From contig OZ253470.1 in the NCBI GenBank assembly GCA_965261735.1, positions 4,256,001-4,320,000 of the forward strand: a stretch of DNA of 64,000 nucleotides, given 5' to 3'. Source of the stretch: Alphaproteobacteria bacterium (GTDB lineage: Bacteria > Pseudomonadota > Alphaproteobacteria > SHVV01). The notes beneath the pieces were generated by a model. The model was not told the DNA's origin and searched no databases. It saw only the letters and a list, made by a program, of their open reading frames with translations. The translations under genes and the position numbers were made by a program. Shown here piece by piece: positions 1 to 11,574 of the stretch (position 1 is the stretch's first letter; each line of letters opens with the position of its first letter).

Positions 1-1
1 C

Positions 2-52
2 TATCACGGCACCGGCCAGCGCATCTCCGTCGCGTTCAATCTAAGCGTGTGA
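2..52 (+). CDS. 3' end of a putative 2OG-Fe(II) oxygenase (TIGR02466-like), truncated by the window edge
   Basis: Frame from position 2 reads YHGTGQRISVAFNLSV*; RIS-x-AFN is a typical C-terminal strand of this family. Confidence 0.45.
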   Translation, partial: YHGTGQRISVAFNLSV

Positions 53-60
53 GGGAAACG

Positions 61-861
61 GTGGCGGGACGGCTTGAGGACAAGGTCGCGATCGTCACCG
101 GGGCCGGGTCGATCGGCCCCGGCTGGGGCAACGGCAAGGCGGTGGCGGTGCTGTTTGCCCGCGAAGGGGCCAATGTCATGGCCCTCGACATCAATCTGGA
201 GGCGGCGCAGGAAACCGCCGCCATCGTGGCGGCCGAGGGTGGCAGGTGCACGGCGCGGCGCACCGACGTGACGCGGGGCGACGAGGTGGCCGACGCCGTG
301 GCCCACTGCATCGACATTCATGGCCGCATCGACGTGCTCCACAACAATGTCGGCATCGCTGAGGTCGGCGGCCCCATCACTGCCAGCGAGGAAAGCTGGG
401 ACCGGGTCAACGCCGTCAACCTCAAGAGCATGTTCCTGACCTGTAAGCACGTGCTCCCGCACATGGTGGCACGAGGCGCGGGCACGATCGTCAACGTCGC
501 CTCGATCGCCGGCATTCGCTGGATGGGCGTGCCCTACATCTCCTACAGCGCGACCAAGGCGGCCATCCTCGCCTTCAGCCGCTCGGTGGCGCTCGAACAT
601 GCGGGCGACGGCATCCGCTGCAACAGCATCCTGCCCGGGCTCATGGATACGCCGATGGTCGAGCACGCGCTGCGCGATTTCTACGCCGACGGCGACATTG
701 CGCGCATGAAGGAGATTCGCGGCGCGCAATGCCCGACGGGGCGCATGGGCGACGCCTGGGACGTGGCCTTTGCCGCCCTCTACCTCGCTTCCGATGAGGC
801 CAAGTACGTCACCGCCGCCGAGCTCGTCGTCGATGGTGGCGTCAGTGCCAAGAGCGCATGA
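61..861 (+). CDS. Short-chain dehydrogenase/reductase (SDR)
   Basis: TGAGSIGPGWGNG Rossmann motif, NNVG, catalytic YSATK; GTG at 61 follows GAGGGA. Confidence 0.92.
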   Translation: MAGRLEDKVAIVTGAGSIGPGWGNGKAVAVLFAREGANVMALDINLEAAQETAAIVAAEGGRCTARRTDVTRGDEVADAVAHCIDIHGRIDVLHNNVGIAEVGGPITASEESWDRVNAVNLKSMFLTCKHVLPHMVARGAGTIVNVASIAGIRWMGVPYISYSATKAAILAFSRSVALEHAGDGIRCNSILPGLMDTPMVEHALRDFYADGDIARMKEIRGAQCPTGRMGDAWDVAFAALYLASDEAKYVTAAELVVDGGVSAKSA

Positions 862-907
862 GCGCGTGCCGGCCCGGGGTGAAGGGTGTGGCGCCGCGGA
901 CCGGGCG

Positions 908-2148
908 ATGACCGCGCTGACGCGCCGGGCGCTTGCCGCGCTCGATGCCGGCGACCCGCTCGCCGGCTTTCGCCGCGCCTTCGCACTGCCCAAGGGCGTG
1001 ATCTACCTCGACGGCAATTCGCTCGGGCCGCTGCCGAGAGACGCCGCGCGTCGGCTCAACGAGGTCGTGCGCCGCCAATGGGGCGACGATCTGATCCTAA
1101 GCTGAATCGCCACCAATGGATCGATTGGCCGGCGCGAGTCGGCGACAAGATCGCGCGTTTGATCGGCGCCACTCGGGGCGAGGTCGTGGTCGCCGATTCG
1201 ACGTCGATCAATCTGTTCAAGCTGCTCGCGGGGGCGCTGCGTGCGCGCCCCAAACGCTCCGTCATCCTGTCCGAGCAGGGCAACTTCCCGACCGATCTTT
1301 ATGTCGCCCAGGGATTGACCGAGCTCCTTGGCGGCCGTCACGAGCTGCGGCTGGCCGCGAGCGAGGAGATTACGGCGAGCATCGACGAGGACGTTGCCGT
1401 CATCATGTTGACCCACGTCGACTACCGCTCGGGCGCCATGCACGACATGGCGGCCGTCAACGCGGCCGGCCACGCGAAGGGCGCGCTGATGCTGTGGGAC
1501 CTGTCGCATAGTGCCGGTGCCGTGCCGCTCGACATGCGGGCCGCCGGCACCGATCTGGCGGTCGGTTGCGGCTACAAGTACCTGAACGGCGGCCCCGGGG
1601 CGCCGGCCTTCCTGTTCGTCGCCGAGCGTCTGCAGGACGGGTTGCACCAGCCGATCACCGGGTGGATGGGACACGCCGAGCCCTTTGCCTTCGCGCCCGA
1701 CTATCGCCCGGTCACGGGGATCTCCCGCAATCTCGTCGGTACGCCGCCGATCCTCGCGCTTGCCGCGCTCGAGACCGGCGTCGATGTCCTCTTGCGTGCC
1801 GATCCCAGCGCGCTGCGCGAGAAATCGCTCGCTCTCACCGACCTCTTCATGCGCCTCGTCGAGCAAGAATGCCCGGGCCATGGGTTCACCATCGCAACCC
1901 CGCGCGAGACGGCAACACGCGCGAGCCAAGTGGCGCTACGCCACGACGAGGGCCTTCCCATCATGCAGGCGCTGATCGAAGCAGGCGTCATCGGTGATTT
2001 TCGCGCGCCCGACCTGCTACGGTTCGGCTTCGCACCGCTCTACAATCGCTACACCGACGTCTGGGATGCGGTGGCGGCGTTGTCCGAGATCATGCGGACG
2101 CGAGCGTGGGACAGCCCCGCCTTTCGCCGGCGCGCCGTCGTGACCTGA
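908..2148 (+). pseudogene. kynU: Kynureninase, frameshifted near 1104
   Basis: IYLDGNSLGPLP in one frame; WDLSHSAG, GCGYKYLNGGPG and GDFRAPD in the next; 'agc tg aat' lacks one G of the expected S-W-N. Confidence 0.88.
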
Positions 2149-2165
2149 GGCAAACGCAAAGAGTC

Positions 2166-3020
2166 GTGCCGAAATCCCGCAAAGCCGGCAGCACCGGCGA
2201 TAGCCTTCCGGACGGCGCCCACACCGATTTCGGCGACTCGCTGAGCTACGCCGACTATCTCGGCCTCGGCTCGCTGCTGTCGAGCCAGCACCCGCTCTCG
2301 GAGCGCCACGACGAGCTCCTGTTCATCATTATCCACCAGACGACGGAGCTGTGGTTGAAGCTCGCCCTTCATGAGCTCGGGGCGGCAACGGCGTCGATTC
2401 GCGAGGACCGGCTGAAGCCCGCCTTCAAGATGCTGGCACGCTTCTCGCGCATTCAATCGCAGCTCATCCAGTCGTGGGACGTGCTGTCGACCTTGACGCC
2501 CTCGGACTACATGACCTTTCGTCACGTTCTCGGCCGCGCCTCTGGCTTTCAGTCGCACCAATACCGGCTGATCGAGTTCGCGCTCGGCAACAAGAACCGC
2601 GCCCTGTTGGCGCCGCACCGCCACGACGCCGCCGTCCTGAGCCGCCTCGATGCGGCGCTCAACGCGCCGAGCCTCTACGACGAGGTGATCCGCCTGCTGG
2701 CGCGGCGCGGGTTCGCACTCGCGCCCGCCTGCGTCGAGCGCGATTGGAGCGCGCCCTACGCGGCGGACGCCTCCGTCTCCGGCGCCTGGCTCGAGGTTTA
2801 CCGCGATACCGCGACCCATTGGGACCTTTATGAGCTCGCCGAGGAGCTGGTCGATCTCGAGGATTGGTTCCAGCAATGGCGCTTTCGCCACGTCACCACG
2901 GTCGAGCGCATCATCGGCCACAAGCGCGGCACCGGAGGCACCGCTGGCGTGAGCTACTTGCGAAAGGCGCTGGATGTGCGCTTCTTCCCTGAATTGTGGG
3001 ACGTGCGCACGGCTCTCTAG
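2166..3020 (+). CDS. kynA: Tryptophan 2,3-dioxygenase
   Basis: [41 protein letters not shown] motifs; adjacent to kynU. Confidence 0.93.
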   Translation: MPKSRKAGSTGDSLPDGAHTDFGDSLSYADYLGLGSLLSSQHPLSERHDELLFIIIHQTTELWLKLALHELGAATASIREDRLKPAFKMLARFSRIQSQLIQSWDVLSTLTPSDYMTFRHVLGRASGFQSHQYRLIEFALGNKNRALLAPHRHDAAVLSRLDAALNAPSLYDEVIRLLARRGFALAPACVERDWSAPYAADASVSGAWLEVYRDTATHWDLYELAEELVDLEDWFQQWRFRHVTTVERIIGHKRGTGGTAGVSYLRKALDVRFFPELWDVRTAL

Positions 3021-3046
3021 CGCGCCCAGTACCTCGGATCGGAAGT

Positions 3047-4761
3047 ATGGCCAAAGTCTACCGCCGGACGTTCGAGTGGCGCTTCGACCAGCCGCCCGAG
3101 GCGCTGTGGCCGGCGCTCGCCGATACGGCCAAGTTCAACGAGGCCGCCGGCATCCCCAAACACGCGATCGAGGAGGTGACGCAAGCGGACGGCTCGGTGC
3201 GCTTCTTCGCCGAGGCGCGCCGGGGACCTATTCGCATTGCCTGGGAAGAGATCCCGATGGAGTGGGTCGATGGCCAATGGTTTCGCCATCTCCGCGTGTT
3301 CTCCCGGGGCCCAATCCACAGCCTGTGCGCGACGCTGCGCCTCGAGCCCGACGGCCGCGGCGGCGCCCTCGGCCACTACGAGATCGAGGCCACGGCTGCC
3401 AACTTGCTCGGCACCCTCGCCCTGGCTACCGTTTTCTTTTGGGTCGCACGGCGCATCTTCACCGGCCTCGCCGACACCGCCGGTGACTGGGCGGCAGGGC
3501 GCCGCGAGGCACCCTTCAAGGCGCCGCCGCGGCTCTCGGCTGCGGCCCACGCCCGGCTCGACGCGATGACGGCGCGCATCGACCGGTCCGCCAACGGCCA
3601 CGGCCTCGGTGGCCGGCTGGGCGGCTGGATCGCGGCCGCGCAGGAGGTCGATCTCATGCGCATCCGGCCGGTGGCGCTGGCCCGTCAATGGGGCGAGGAC
3701 GAGCGCGACGTCATCGAGATGTGCCTGCAGGCGGTCTCGGAGGGGCTGCTCGAGTTGCGCTGGGACCTGCTGTGTCCGCGCTGTCGCGGCGCCAAGCTGG
3801 TGGTCGGTGCACTCGACCAACTGCCGCGCGGCGCACACTGCGCTTCGTGCAACATCGACTACGACCGCGAGTTCACCCGCAACGTCGAGCTGACGTTTCA
3901 TCCCGCGCCCGCGGTGCGCGACGTGATCGACGGCGAATTTTGTCTCTTCGGGCCGATGTCCACGCCCCACGTCAAAGTGCAGGCGACGGTCGAGCCCGGC
4001 GAGACGCTGACGCTGCCGCAGCCGCGGTCGCGGTCGCCGCGGGGGAGGTTGCAAAAGAAGGAGAGGTCGCGCTCGTCAACGGTGAGGACCGCCGCCGCAC
4101 CTTCATTATCGAGTCGCGCGAGTGGATGCGCGACGCGCTAACCGCGCATCGCGTCACCACTATGCAGGCCTTTCGCGACCTGTTCGCGGCCGAGGCGCTT
4201 CGGCCCGGCGACGAGGCGGCCATCTCGAACGTCACGCTCATGTTCACCGACCTCAAGGGCTCGACCGAGCTCTACGAGCGGGTCGGCGATGCCGCCGCGT
4301 TCCGCCTCGTGCGCCAGCACTTCGCCTTCTTGGCCCGGGTCGTACGGGCCAACAATGGCGCGATCGTCAAGACCCTCGGCGATGCCATCATGGCCGCGTT
4401 CGCCGATCCCGCGGATGCCGTGCGCGCGGCACAGGCGATTCAAGAAGAGGTGACGGAGTTCAACGAGGCCTCGGGTGGCGAGGACATCGTCATCAAGCTC
4501 GGCCTTCACGGCGGGCCTTGCATCGCGGTGGAGCTGAACGACCGCCTCGACTATTTCGGCTCGACCGTGAACATGGCGGCGCGTCTGCAGGGCGAAAGCG
4601 TCGGCAGTGATATCGTCCTGTCCGAGGCCATCGTCAACGACCCCGCCGTCACGCACCTCCTGAGCGCCGCCGAGCTGACGACCGAGCGCCGGTCGATCAA
4701 GGGCTTCGACGAGCCGATCACGGTGCGCCGCCTAACCGGCAAGAGCCTCCTCGGCGCGTGA
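3047..4761 (+). pseudogene. Class III adenylate/guanylate cyclase with N-terminal SRPBCC-like and Zn-ribbon (DUF5939-like) domains, frameshifted near 4020
   Basis: CPRC...HCASC motif in the first frame; MFTDLKGST, KTLGDAIMA and DYFGSTVNMAARL in the second frame. Confidence 0.8.
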
Positions 4762-5693
4762 GCGAAGGTCGCTCTCCGGGGATCGTCGTCCCGCTGGTGA
4801 TGCTGCTCGCCGCCGGTCTCGCCTGGGGGGCGATCTTTACCGTCAACAGGATCGCCGCCGAAGCCGGCGTACCGCCAGTCGTTTACGCGTTCTGGTCGAT
4901 CCTACTGGCCGGGCTCACCATGGCGGTCGTGTCGCTCGCGGTCGAGGGGCTGCCACGCCTAGGCCCTCGCTTCCTGCTGTTCTATTTCGTCTCCGGCGTC
5001 GCCAATTTCGGCTTCGCGATCATCCTGTTCGCCTATGTGGCCGCCGAGCTGCCCGCCGGTGTGGTGACGCTGGTGATGATGATGACGCCGACCATGACGT
5101 ATGCGTTCGCCTTCGCGCTCCGAATCGAGCGGTTTCGCGTCGCGAGTTTCCTCGGGCTGCTGTTCGGCATCGGTGGCGTGCTGATGATCGTGCTCCCGGA
5201 TTTCAGCCTGCCGTCGCGCGACATGGTGGTCTGGTTCCTGCTCGCCCTGTTGGGGCCGACCTCGTTTGCCGCGGGCAACGTCTATGTGGCGATGTACCGC
5301 CCGCCCGAAGCGCCCGGATTGATGTTGACCGCGGGCCTCTGTCTCGGCGCGTGCGTCTTCATCCTGCCGGCGCTTGTCATCGCCGGCGGCGACCTCGACC
5401 CCTTGGCCCTACGGGCCGAGGGACTCGCCGCGATGGGTCTGGCGGCGCTGATTTACATCGTCACCCTGTCACTGTTTTTCGAGATCATCCGTCGCGTCGG
5501 GCCCCTGTTCTGGAGCCAGATCGGCTACGTCGCCGTGGCCTCCGGGATTGTGTGGGGCGCTGCCGTGTTCGGCGAGCGCCTCAGCGTCGGCATCTGGCTC
5601 GGCGCGGGCCTCATGGGCGTCGGATTGGCGCTCGTCAACCGAGGCGTGCGCGATGCCGCGCGTGAAACAGCGGGCCGCGTGGGGGCGGACTAG
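4758..5693 (+). CDS. DMT/EamA family transporter
   Basis: About 10 hydrophobic helices in two EamA-like repeats; C-terminal VFGERLS motif. Confidence 0.85.
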   Translation: MSEGRSPGIVVPLVMLLAAGLAWGAIFTVNRIAAEAGVPPVVYAFWSILLAGLTMAVVSLAVEGLPRLGPRFLLFYFVSGVANFGFAIILFAYVAAELPAGVVTLVMMMTPTMTYAFAFALRIERFRVASFLGLLFGIGGVLMIVLPDFSLPSRDMVVWFLLALLGPTSFAAGNVYVAMYRPPEAPGLMLTAGLCLGACVFILPALVIAGGDLDPLALRAEGLAAMGLAALIYIVTLSLFFEIIRRVGPLFWSQIGYVAVASGIVWGAAVFGERLSVGIWLGAGLMGVGLALVNRGVRDAARETAGRVGAD

Positions 5694-5714
5694 GGCGGCG
5701 ATGCCGCGAGTACA

Positions 5715-7561
5715 CTAAAGGTAGAAGACGTCGAGCTCGCCGTGCCGCCCGCGAATGGGGTGGCGCCCGGCTTCTTTGGCGACGATCGTGGCGCCCGCGG
5801 CTTGTGCGGTGGTGCCACTCAACAGGATGGTGACGGCGGAGCCGGTGCGCCCGACCTCCTTCGCCAGCTGCTCGAGGCGGTTGGCTGTATTCACGGTGTC
5901 GCCGACGATCGTGTAGTTGATGCGGCCCGGCGCACCGATATTACCGACGATCACCTCGCCGCTGTGCAGCCCGATCCGCACCTCGACCGGCGGCGTCCTC
6001 AATGGGGTCGCGTCCGCGTTGTCGGCCTCGACGGCGGCGCGAATGGCGAGCGCCGCCCGGCACGCGCGCGCCGTGTGGTCGGGCTGGCTCTCGGGAGCGC
6101 CCCAGAACGCCATCACGGCATCGCCGATGAACTTGTCGATGGTCCCGCTCTCGTCCTCGATGCAGGAGCTGAGGACGGCGAAATGGTGGTTGAGGAAGGC
6201 GGCGGTCTCTCCGGCCGTCATGGCCTCCGACTGACTCGTGAATCCGGCGATGTCGGTGAAAATGACGGTTGCCTCGCGGGTGACCGATTCCTGGACCGCG
6301 GATTCGCCGTAGCGCACGAGTCGGCGCACCAGGTTGCGCGGCACGTAGGTCTCGAACCAGCGCAGGCCCGTGACCATGGAGTTGAAGGCCTGCGCCGAAT
6401 CGGTGATCTCGGTGAAGAGGCTGATGGGGAGCCGCGGCACACGCGAGAGCGACAGGTCGCGCACCTGTTGCGCGGCGCCGGCCAGGCGGTTGAGGGGCGT
6501 GCTCAGGTAGCGCGCGAACGCGTAGGCCGCCACAAGCGCAGCAGTACGAGCAGGCCGGCGATCGCCGCCCATCGCAGGCGTAGGAGCTCATCGGTAATTC
6601 GCGCCGCGGGGAAGTAGACGCCGGCGAGCCACGGCGTATCACCGTAGGTGGTGAGGCGGCGCGACAGCACGGCGACACTGTTGCCGCCAACGTCGATGAC
6701 GTTGAAACCGGTGCTGCCGGCGAGCCGCGCGACTCGGCCGACGGCGCGCTGGGGCTCGGTCAAAGCCTGGAGCACCGGGTCCGCCACTTCAGCCAGCGGC
6801 GGCATGGGCTGGGCGGCGGTCGTCGGAAAGGGGGTGTCCACGAGGCGCGGATGCGCCAGCACGAAGTTATCGTCGTAGAGCACGAAGGCAGACCCGTCGA
6901 GCCTGCTGGCGGTCTCGGCGAGCAATGCCGACAGCCGGTCGATGCGCACCGTGGCGGCGAGCAGGCCGAGGTAGCGGCCCCCGCGGTGTACGGCGTAGCG
7001 CGCGTTGATCAGCGTTACATCCGCGGGTTCGGGTTTGATGACCTCGGCCCAATAAAGACCGGCGCGCCCGCGTCCCTCCTCGAAACCGTCGCGGATCACC
7101 GACATCTTCGAAATATCCAGGACCTGGAGGTTGACCCCATCTTCTGTGCGCAGCGCGAACACCATCTTTAGATCGTCGCGGATGAAGACGACGGAGCGGA
7201 CCTGCGGCGTCGCCGCCAGCGCCCCCGAGAGATACTTGCCGAGGTCGGCGTCGACGGTATGGTCGATGGCGCCACTCTCGATCTGCCGGCCGATGTGAGA
7301 GAGCTGTTCCTCGGCCGGCCGCAAGTGCTGGGCGATTCGCCCAACGATCAACTCGATCGTGGCGGCGGACTTGTCGCGCAACAGGTCGAGCGTGTTCTCT
7401 CTGGCGCTCCACATTCTGAGCGCGAGCACAGTGACGACGGCGAGGAGAACCAGACCGCCGAAGCCGAACACGAGGCCCATCGTAATGTTGATCTGAAAGC
7501 GCGAAGGGACCGCCGGCGCGAGGTCGGTGGGCGGCTGCGTGTCTATTGTTTCCTGCGGCAT
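5715..7561 (-). pseudogene. Membrane-bound adenylate/guanylate cyclase (sensor domain + HAMP), frameshifted near 6545
   Basis: N-terminal TM and periplasmic region in ORF 6503..7708; second TM/HAMP, FTDIAGFT, DKFIGDAVMAFW and GDTVNTANRLE in ORF 5715..6572. Confidence 0.82.
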
Positions 7562-7721
7562 CGGCAGTGGCTTCAATGATGTCCTTCGGTGCGGAAGACT
7601 AAGGGAAATGCCCGTGCATTGCATGGAAATCGGTGCCGCGGATTGAGTTCGTTTCCAATGGCCCCACACGTCATGCGCTGGTACAACGGCATAGCGCTGT
7701 AAGCCCAAGGAGGGAGCGGTC

Positions 7722-8444
7722 GTGCACGATGTGAGCCTGCCACGGGAGATCGTCGATGCGGTCGTCGCCGCACGCGGCCGGCGCTATGTTTACGAGGCTA
7801 TAGACCCGCGCACCACGGCCTTGGTCGTCGTCGACATGCAGAATATGTTCGTCGCGGACGAGGCCCCCTTCGAGGTGCCGAGCGCGCGTGACATCGTCCC
7901 CAACATCAACCGCCTGGCCGCTGCCGTGCGCGGCGCCGGCGGTCAGGTCGTGTGGATTCAGGCGACGCAAGGGGCCGAAGGAAGTGGGCAGTTCTTCGCG
8001 CTGTATTTCGACAACTTCGTCCCTTCGGAGCGCCGTCGCGTCTGCCTCGATGCCGCGCGGGAAGGCAGCCCCCATCACGCGCTGTACGCGGGTCTCGACG
8101 TGGCGCCGGGCGACCGCCGGATCAAGAAGTCTCGCTTCAGCGCCTTTATTCAGGGCGCTTCGGACATCGAAAGGCACCTGCGCGAGGGCGGCATCGACAC
8201 GCTTCTCATCGCCGGCACGGCGACCAACGTGTGTTGCGAATCGACGGCGCGCGACGCCATGATGTTGGGCTTCAAGATCACCATGTTGTCGGACGCCACG
8301 GCCTCGCACAGCGATGCTGAGCACTTGGCCGGCCTGCTGACCATGTTTCGCTACTTCGGTGACGTGCGCACGACGGCGGAGGCAATCGCCCTGCTCGAAG
8401 CAGGTGAGGCAAAAGCGCCGGTGCTTGCGGCGGCTACGGCCTAG
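7722..8444 (+). CDS. Isochorismatase-family cysteine hydrolase (RutB-like)
   Basis: VVVDMQN, KSRFSAF, GTATNVCCESTARDA supply the D-K-C triad. Confidence 0.88.
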   Translation: MHDVSLPREIVDAVVAARGRRYVYEAIDPRTTALVVVDMQNMFVADEAPFEVPSARDIVPNINRLAAAVRGAGGQVVWIQATQGAEGSGQFFALYFDNFVPSERRRVCLDAAREGSPHHALYAGLDVAPGDRRIKKSRFSAFIQGASDIERHLREGGIDTLLIAGTATNVCCESTARDAMMLGFKITMLSDATASHSDAEHLAGLLTMFRYFGDVRTTAEAIALLEAGEAKAPVLAAATA

Positions 8445-8484
8445 CGGGGCCGAGGCGCTAGTCCGCGCCACGGGGAGCCGGCAT

Positions 8485-9474
8485 ATGGAACAGAGGCAAT
8501 TGGGTCCCCTCGGATCGGTCAGCGCGCTGGCGCTGGGCGGTGGGGGCCTCGGGCAGGTGTGGGGCGCCACCACCCGCGACGAGGCCGTGGCGACGGCGCG
8601 GGCCGCAGCCAATGCCGGCATCACGCTATTCGACCTCGCGCCGCTCTACGGCAACGGCGAGTCGGAGCGGGTCATCGGCGAGGCGTTCGCGGGACAGCTT
8701 CCGCCGGGCGTGCGCGTGGCCACCAAGGTCATGCTCGGGAACCCGCCCGCCGCCGGCGTCCATGACACTATCGTTCATTCGCTGAACGAGAGCCTGCGAC
8801 TTCTCAAGCTCGATCGCGTAGCGCTCCTTCAACTCCACTCCAATCTTATCCCCGACGGCCTCGTGGTCGACGGCGACACCGAGCGTCAGCACCGCATCAT
8901 GACCCAAATGACGACGTACGCCCGCTATGCGCGACCGGTGTTGGAGCGGCTGCGCGAGCAGGGCCGTATCGACGCCTGGGGTATTTCCGGGATCGGCCGG
9001 CCCGATTGCATCATCGAGGCGATCGCCGACGACCCCCCGCCAGCCACGGTTCAGTGCATCGCAAACCTGCTCGATTCCCCGGGCGGGCTGTACCGATTCG
9101 ATGAACCGCCGCGGCCGCGCGACATCATCGCGGCGGCCCACGCGCGCGGGGTCGGCGTGCTCGGCATCAGGGCGGTGCAGGCGGGCGCGCTTAGCGACGG
9201 TTTCGACCGCGACGTCCCCGACGATTACCCGGAGATGGCCGATTTCCGACGGGCCGCGCCGTTTCGCGCCGTGGCCGCCGAGGTTGGCGAGAATCCCGCC
9301 ATTTTGGCGCACCGTTATGCGCTATCGATGGCGGGCGTCGGGAGCGTGGTGCTCGGCGTCAAGAACCGGTCCGAACTCGAGGACTGCCTCGCCGCCGAGG
9401 CGGCGGGACCGCTCGACGCAGGCGCCATGGCCAGAATCGACGCAGCCGTCGGCCCGGGCGATGAGAGGCCTTAG
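8485..9474 (+). CDS. Aldo/keto reductase
   Basis: GITLFDLAPLYGNGESE, ATKV, LLQLH motifs; ATG after GGGGAG. Confidence 0.88.
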   Translation: MEQRQLGPLGSVSALALGGGGLGQVWGATTRDEAVATARAAANAGITLFDLAPLYGNGESERVIGEAFAGQLPPGVRVATKVMLGNPPAAGVHDTIVHSLNESLRLLKLDRVALLQLHSNLIPDGLVVDGDTERQHRIMTQMTTYARYARPVLERLREQGRIDAWGISGIGRPDCIIEAIADDPPPATVQCIANLLDSPGGLYRFDEPPRPRDIIAAAHARGVGVLGIRAVQAGALSDGFDRDVPDDYPEMADFRRAAPFRAVAAEVGENPAILAHRYALSMAGVGSVVLGVKNRSELEDCLAAEAAGPLDAGAMARIDAAVGPGDERP

Positions 9475-9506
9475 GGACAGGGCGAGTAGAGCAGGGGACT
9501 ATCGCG

Positions 9507-10130
9507 ATGTACTACGATGTCGAGCGCAACGATCACGGCCTGCCGCACGATCCCTTCAAGAGCTGCGTCGTTCCGCGCCCGGTCGGGTGGATCAGCACGC
9601 TGAGCCGCGCCGGCATCGCCAACCTCGCACCGTTCAGCTTTTTCAACGGGGCCGGGCTCAATCCGCCGCAGGTGATGTTCGCGTCGGCGCATCAGCACGT
9701 CGAAGGCGGCGCCACCGATACCCTGATCAACATCGAGGAGACCGGTGAGTTCGTCGTCAACATGGCGACGTGGGAACTACGCGAGCAGATGAACGCGACC
9801 TCCAGGGAGGTTGAGCGATCGGTCGACGAGTTCGTGCTCGCGGGCCTCGAGAAAGTGCCGTCGGTTCAGGTCAAGCCGCCTCGCGTCAAGGCCGCGCCCA
9901 TCCACCTCGAATGCACCTATATCCGCACCATCGACCTCCCCGCCAACGATCCCAAGCAGCCCAACCTGATGGTGATCGGCCGGGTCGTCGGCATTCACAT
10001 CAGTGACGACGTGCTCACCGAGGGCATGATCGACATGAGCAAATTCAAGCCCATCGCCCGCCTCGGTTACCAGGACTACTCCGTGGCCGATAATTTTTTC
10101 ACCATGCCGTTTCCCTACACGCGTGCGTGA
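9507..10130 (+). CDS. Flavin reductase-like FMN-binding protein
   Basis: VVPRPVGWIST, NLAPFSFFN, DTLINIEETGEFVVN, IARLG. Confidence 0.9.
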   Translation: MYYDVERNDHGLPHDPFKSCVVPRPVGWISTLSRAGIANLAPFSFFNGAGLNPPQVMFASAHQHVEGGATDTLINIEETGEFVVNMATWELREQMNATSREVERSVDEFVLAGLEKVPSVQVKPPRVKAAPIHLECTYIRTIDLPANDPKQPNLMVIGRVVGIHISDDVLTEGMIDMSKFKPIARLGYQDYSVADNFFTMPFPYTRA

Positions 10131-10155
10131 GGCGGCCTAGACTCGGAGTCGCGCC

Positions 10156-10557
10156 ATGACCGACGAGAAACGCGGCCTCGGTTCGCTCCTGCGGCGCTTT
10201 ACCGAGCCGCGCGGCGCCGGCCACGTCATGATCGAGGCAAAGGATCTCGAACAACGTGTGAGTCAGCGCGAGGACATCCTCATCATCGACGTGCGCGAAG
10301 CCGACGAGTTCGTCGGTCCATTCGGCCACATTCCGGGAGCCCGCCACATCGCGCTCGGGGACATACAGGGTCGGATCGAGCAGCTCAGCGGCGAAAAGGA
10401 GCGGCCGATTGCGCTGGTATGCCGGACCGACAAGCGCTCGGCATCGGCTGCCGCGCTCCTTGGGGCCGCGGGCTTCAAGCACGTCATGGTACTGCGCAAC
10501 GGCATGGAGCAATGGAACAGAGAGCGCTTTGAGGTCGACAACAGCGCCCCCGGGTGA
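10156..10557 (+). CDS. Rhodanese-like sulfurtransferase
   Basis: IIDVREADEF, GHIPGA, active-site loop CRTDKRS. Confidence 0.88.
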   Translation: MTDEKRGLGSLLRRFTEPRGAGHVMIEAKDLEQRVSQREDILIIDVREADEFVGPFGHIPGARHIALGDIQGRIEQLSGEKERPIALVCRTDKRSASAAALLGAAGFKHVMVLRNGMEQWNRERFEVDNSAPG

Positions 10558-10604
10558 CATGGGCAGCGGCGTTTCGCGGGCCATCACCAGCGAGGAGGAA
10601 GGTC

Positions 10605-10893
10605 CTTGCCTATCCGGTTTACACCCACACCCACTAGGGCTAGAATGGGCGCAACCCGGATATAGGGGAGCGCGCCATGGATGTTCTCGACCGCGCCGAT
10701 CTCCCATTCCCGCATTCGCTACCCGAGTTCCAGCGACTTTTCCCCGATGATGCGGCCTGCGCCGCCTACCTGGAGAAAGCCCGCTGGGGAGACGGCTTTG
10801 CCTGCCCGCACTACGGCACGGCGGGAGAGCCGTTCCACTTTGAAAACCGCCCTGGCGTCCTGCGCTGCCGCAAGTGCCGCCAGAACACCGGGC
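10605..10893 (+). mobile_element. IS1595-family element type A, 5' fragment
   Basis: Left IR CTTGCCTATCCGGTTTAC and transposase start as in the intact copy at 30799; cut off by an IS3 element. Confidence 0.88.
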
Positions 10894-11220
10894 TGTCTGA
10901 CGTCAGCGCCTTTGGGACAAATTGAGGTAATTGCATAACGGAGGATTTCTGGCTCATCGTAGTGACCGAAGGGAACGAAGATGAGACAGAAATCAATGAG
11001 CAAGAACGACCCGGCGGAGAGAGCTGTTCGGGATATTCGCCGCAAGACACGCAAGCAGTATTCGGCTGAGGAGAAGATCCGGATTGTGGTGTCGGGCCTG
11101 CGCGGCGAGGAGAGCATCGCCGCCTTGTGCCGCCGCGAGGGCATCGCCGAGGGTCTGTATTACAGCTGGTCGAAAGAGTTTTTGGAAGCGGGCAAGAAGC
11201 GGCTCGCCGGCGACACCGGC
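10894..11220 (+). mobile_element. IS3-family element, left end and OrfA fragment
   Basis: Begins TG; OrfA from 10981 reads RKQYSAEEKIRIVVSGLRGEESIAALCRREGI. Confidence 0.8.
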
Positions 11221-11361
11221 CGAAATGTCCCGCACCAGACACTCAACCGTCTTGTCGGGGAGCACGAGGGCAGCCGGAGCGCCAATGTTCCAGCGCATGT
11301 AGACGCGCCGTTCGGCGGTGTGCCGCATCACGGTCGTGCGGCTGGTTATTTCATTCGGCAT
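11221..11361 (-). pseudogene. PilZ-domain protein, truncated by the IS3 fragment
   Basis: ERRVYMR (RxxxR) and VRDISAG (DxSxxG) motifs, then runs into IS sequence. Confidence 0.6.
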
Positions 11362-11574
11362 GGCCATGGACCATGGGCCCAACGAGGGTCATTCGCGGCG
11401 CCTACCCTACGGCCCTTGTCTTAAGCTATTCCCAACGCCTCGAGCGGCCGACTAGAAGCCAAATCCCGGAGAGAGTGGCGCCGGGCGGGTAGGGCACAAA
11501 TTTGTGGCGCCCACTACCTTCGGACGGCGTTAGACTCCAACACTGCCCACCACATGAAAGCGCGGGAGGAGAAC

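Noticed and set aside
4-10130. Long antisense and alternative-frame ORFs (e.g. 4..993, 1003..1929, 2049..2921, 7671..8624)
   Set aside because: Shadows of real genes in high-GC DNA; Arg/Pro/Ala-rich with no motifs
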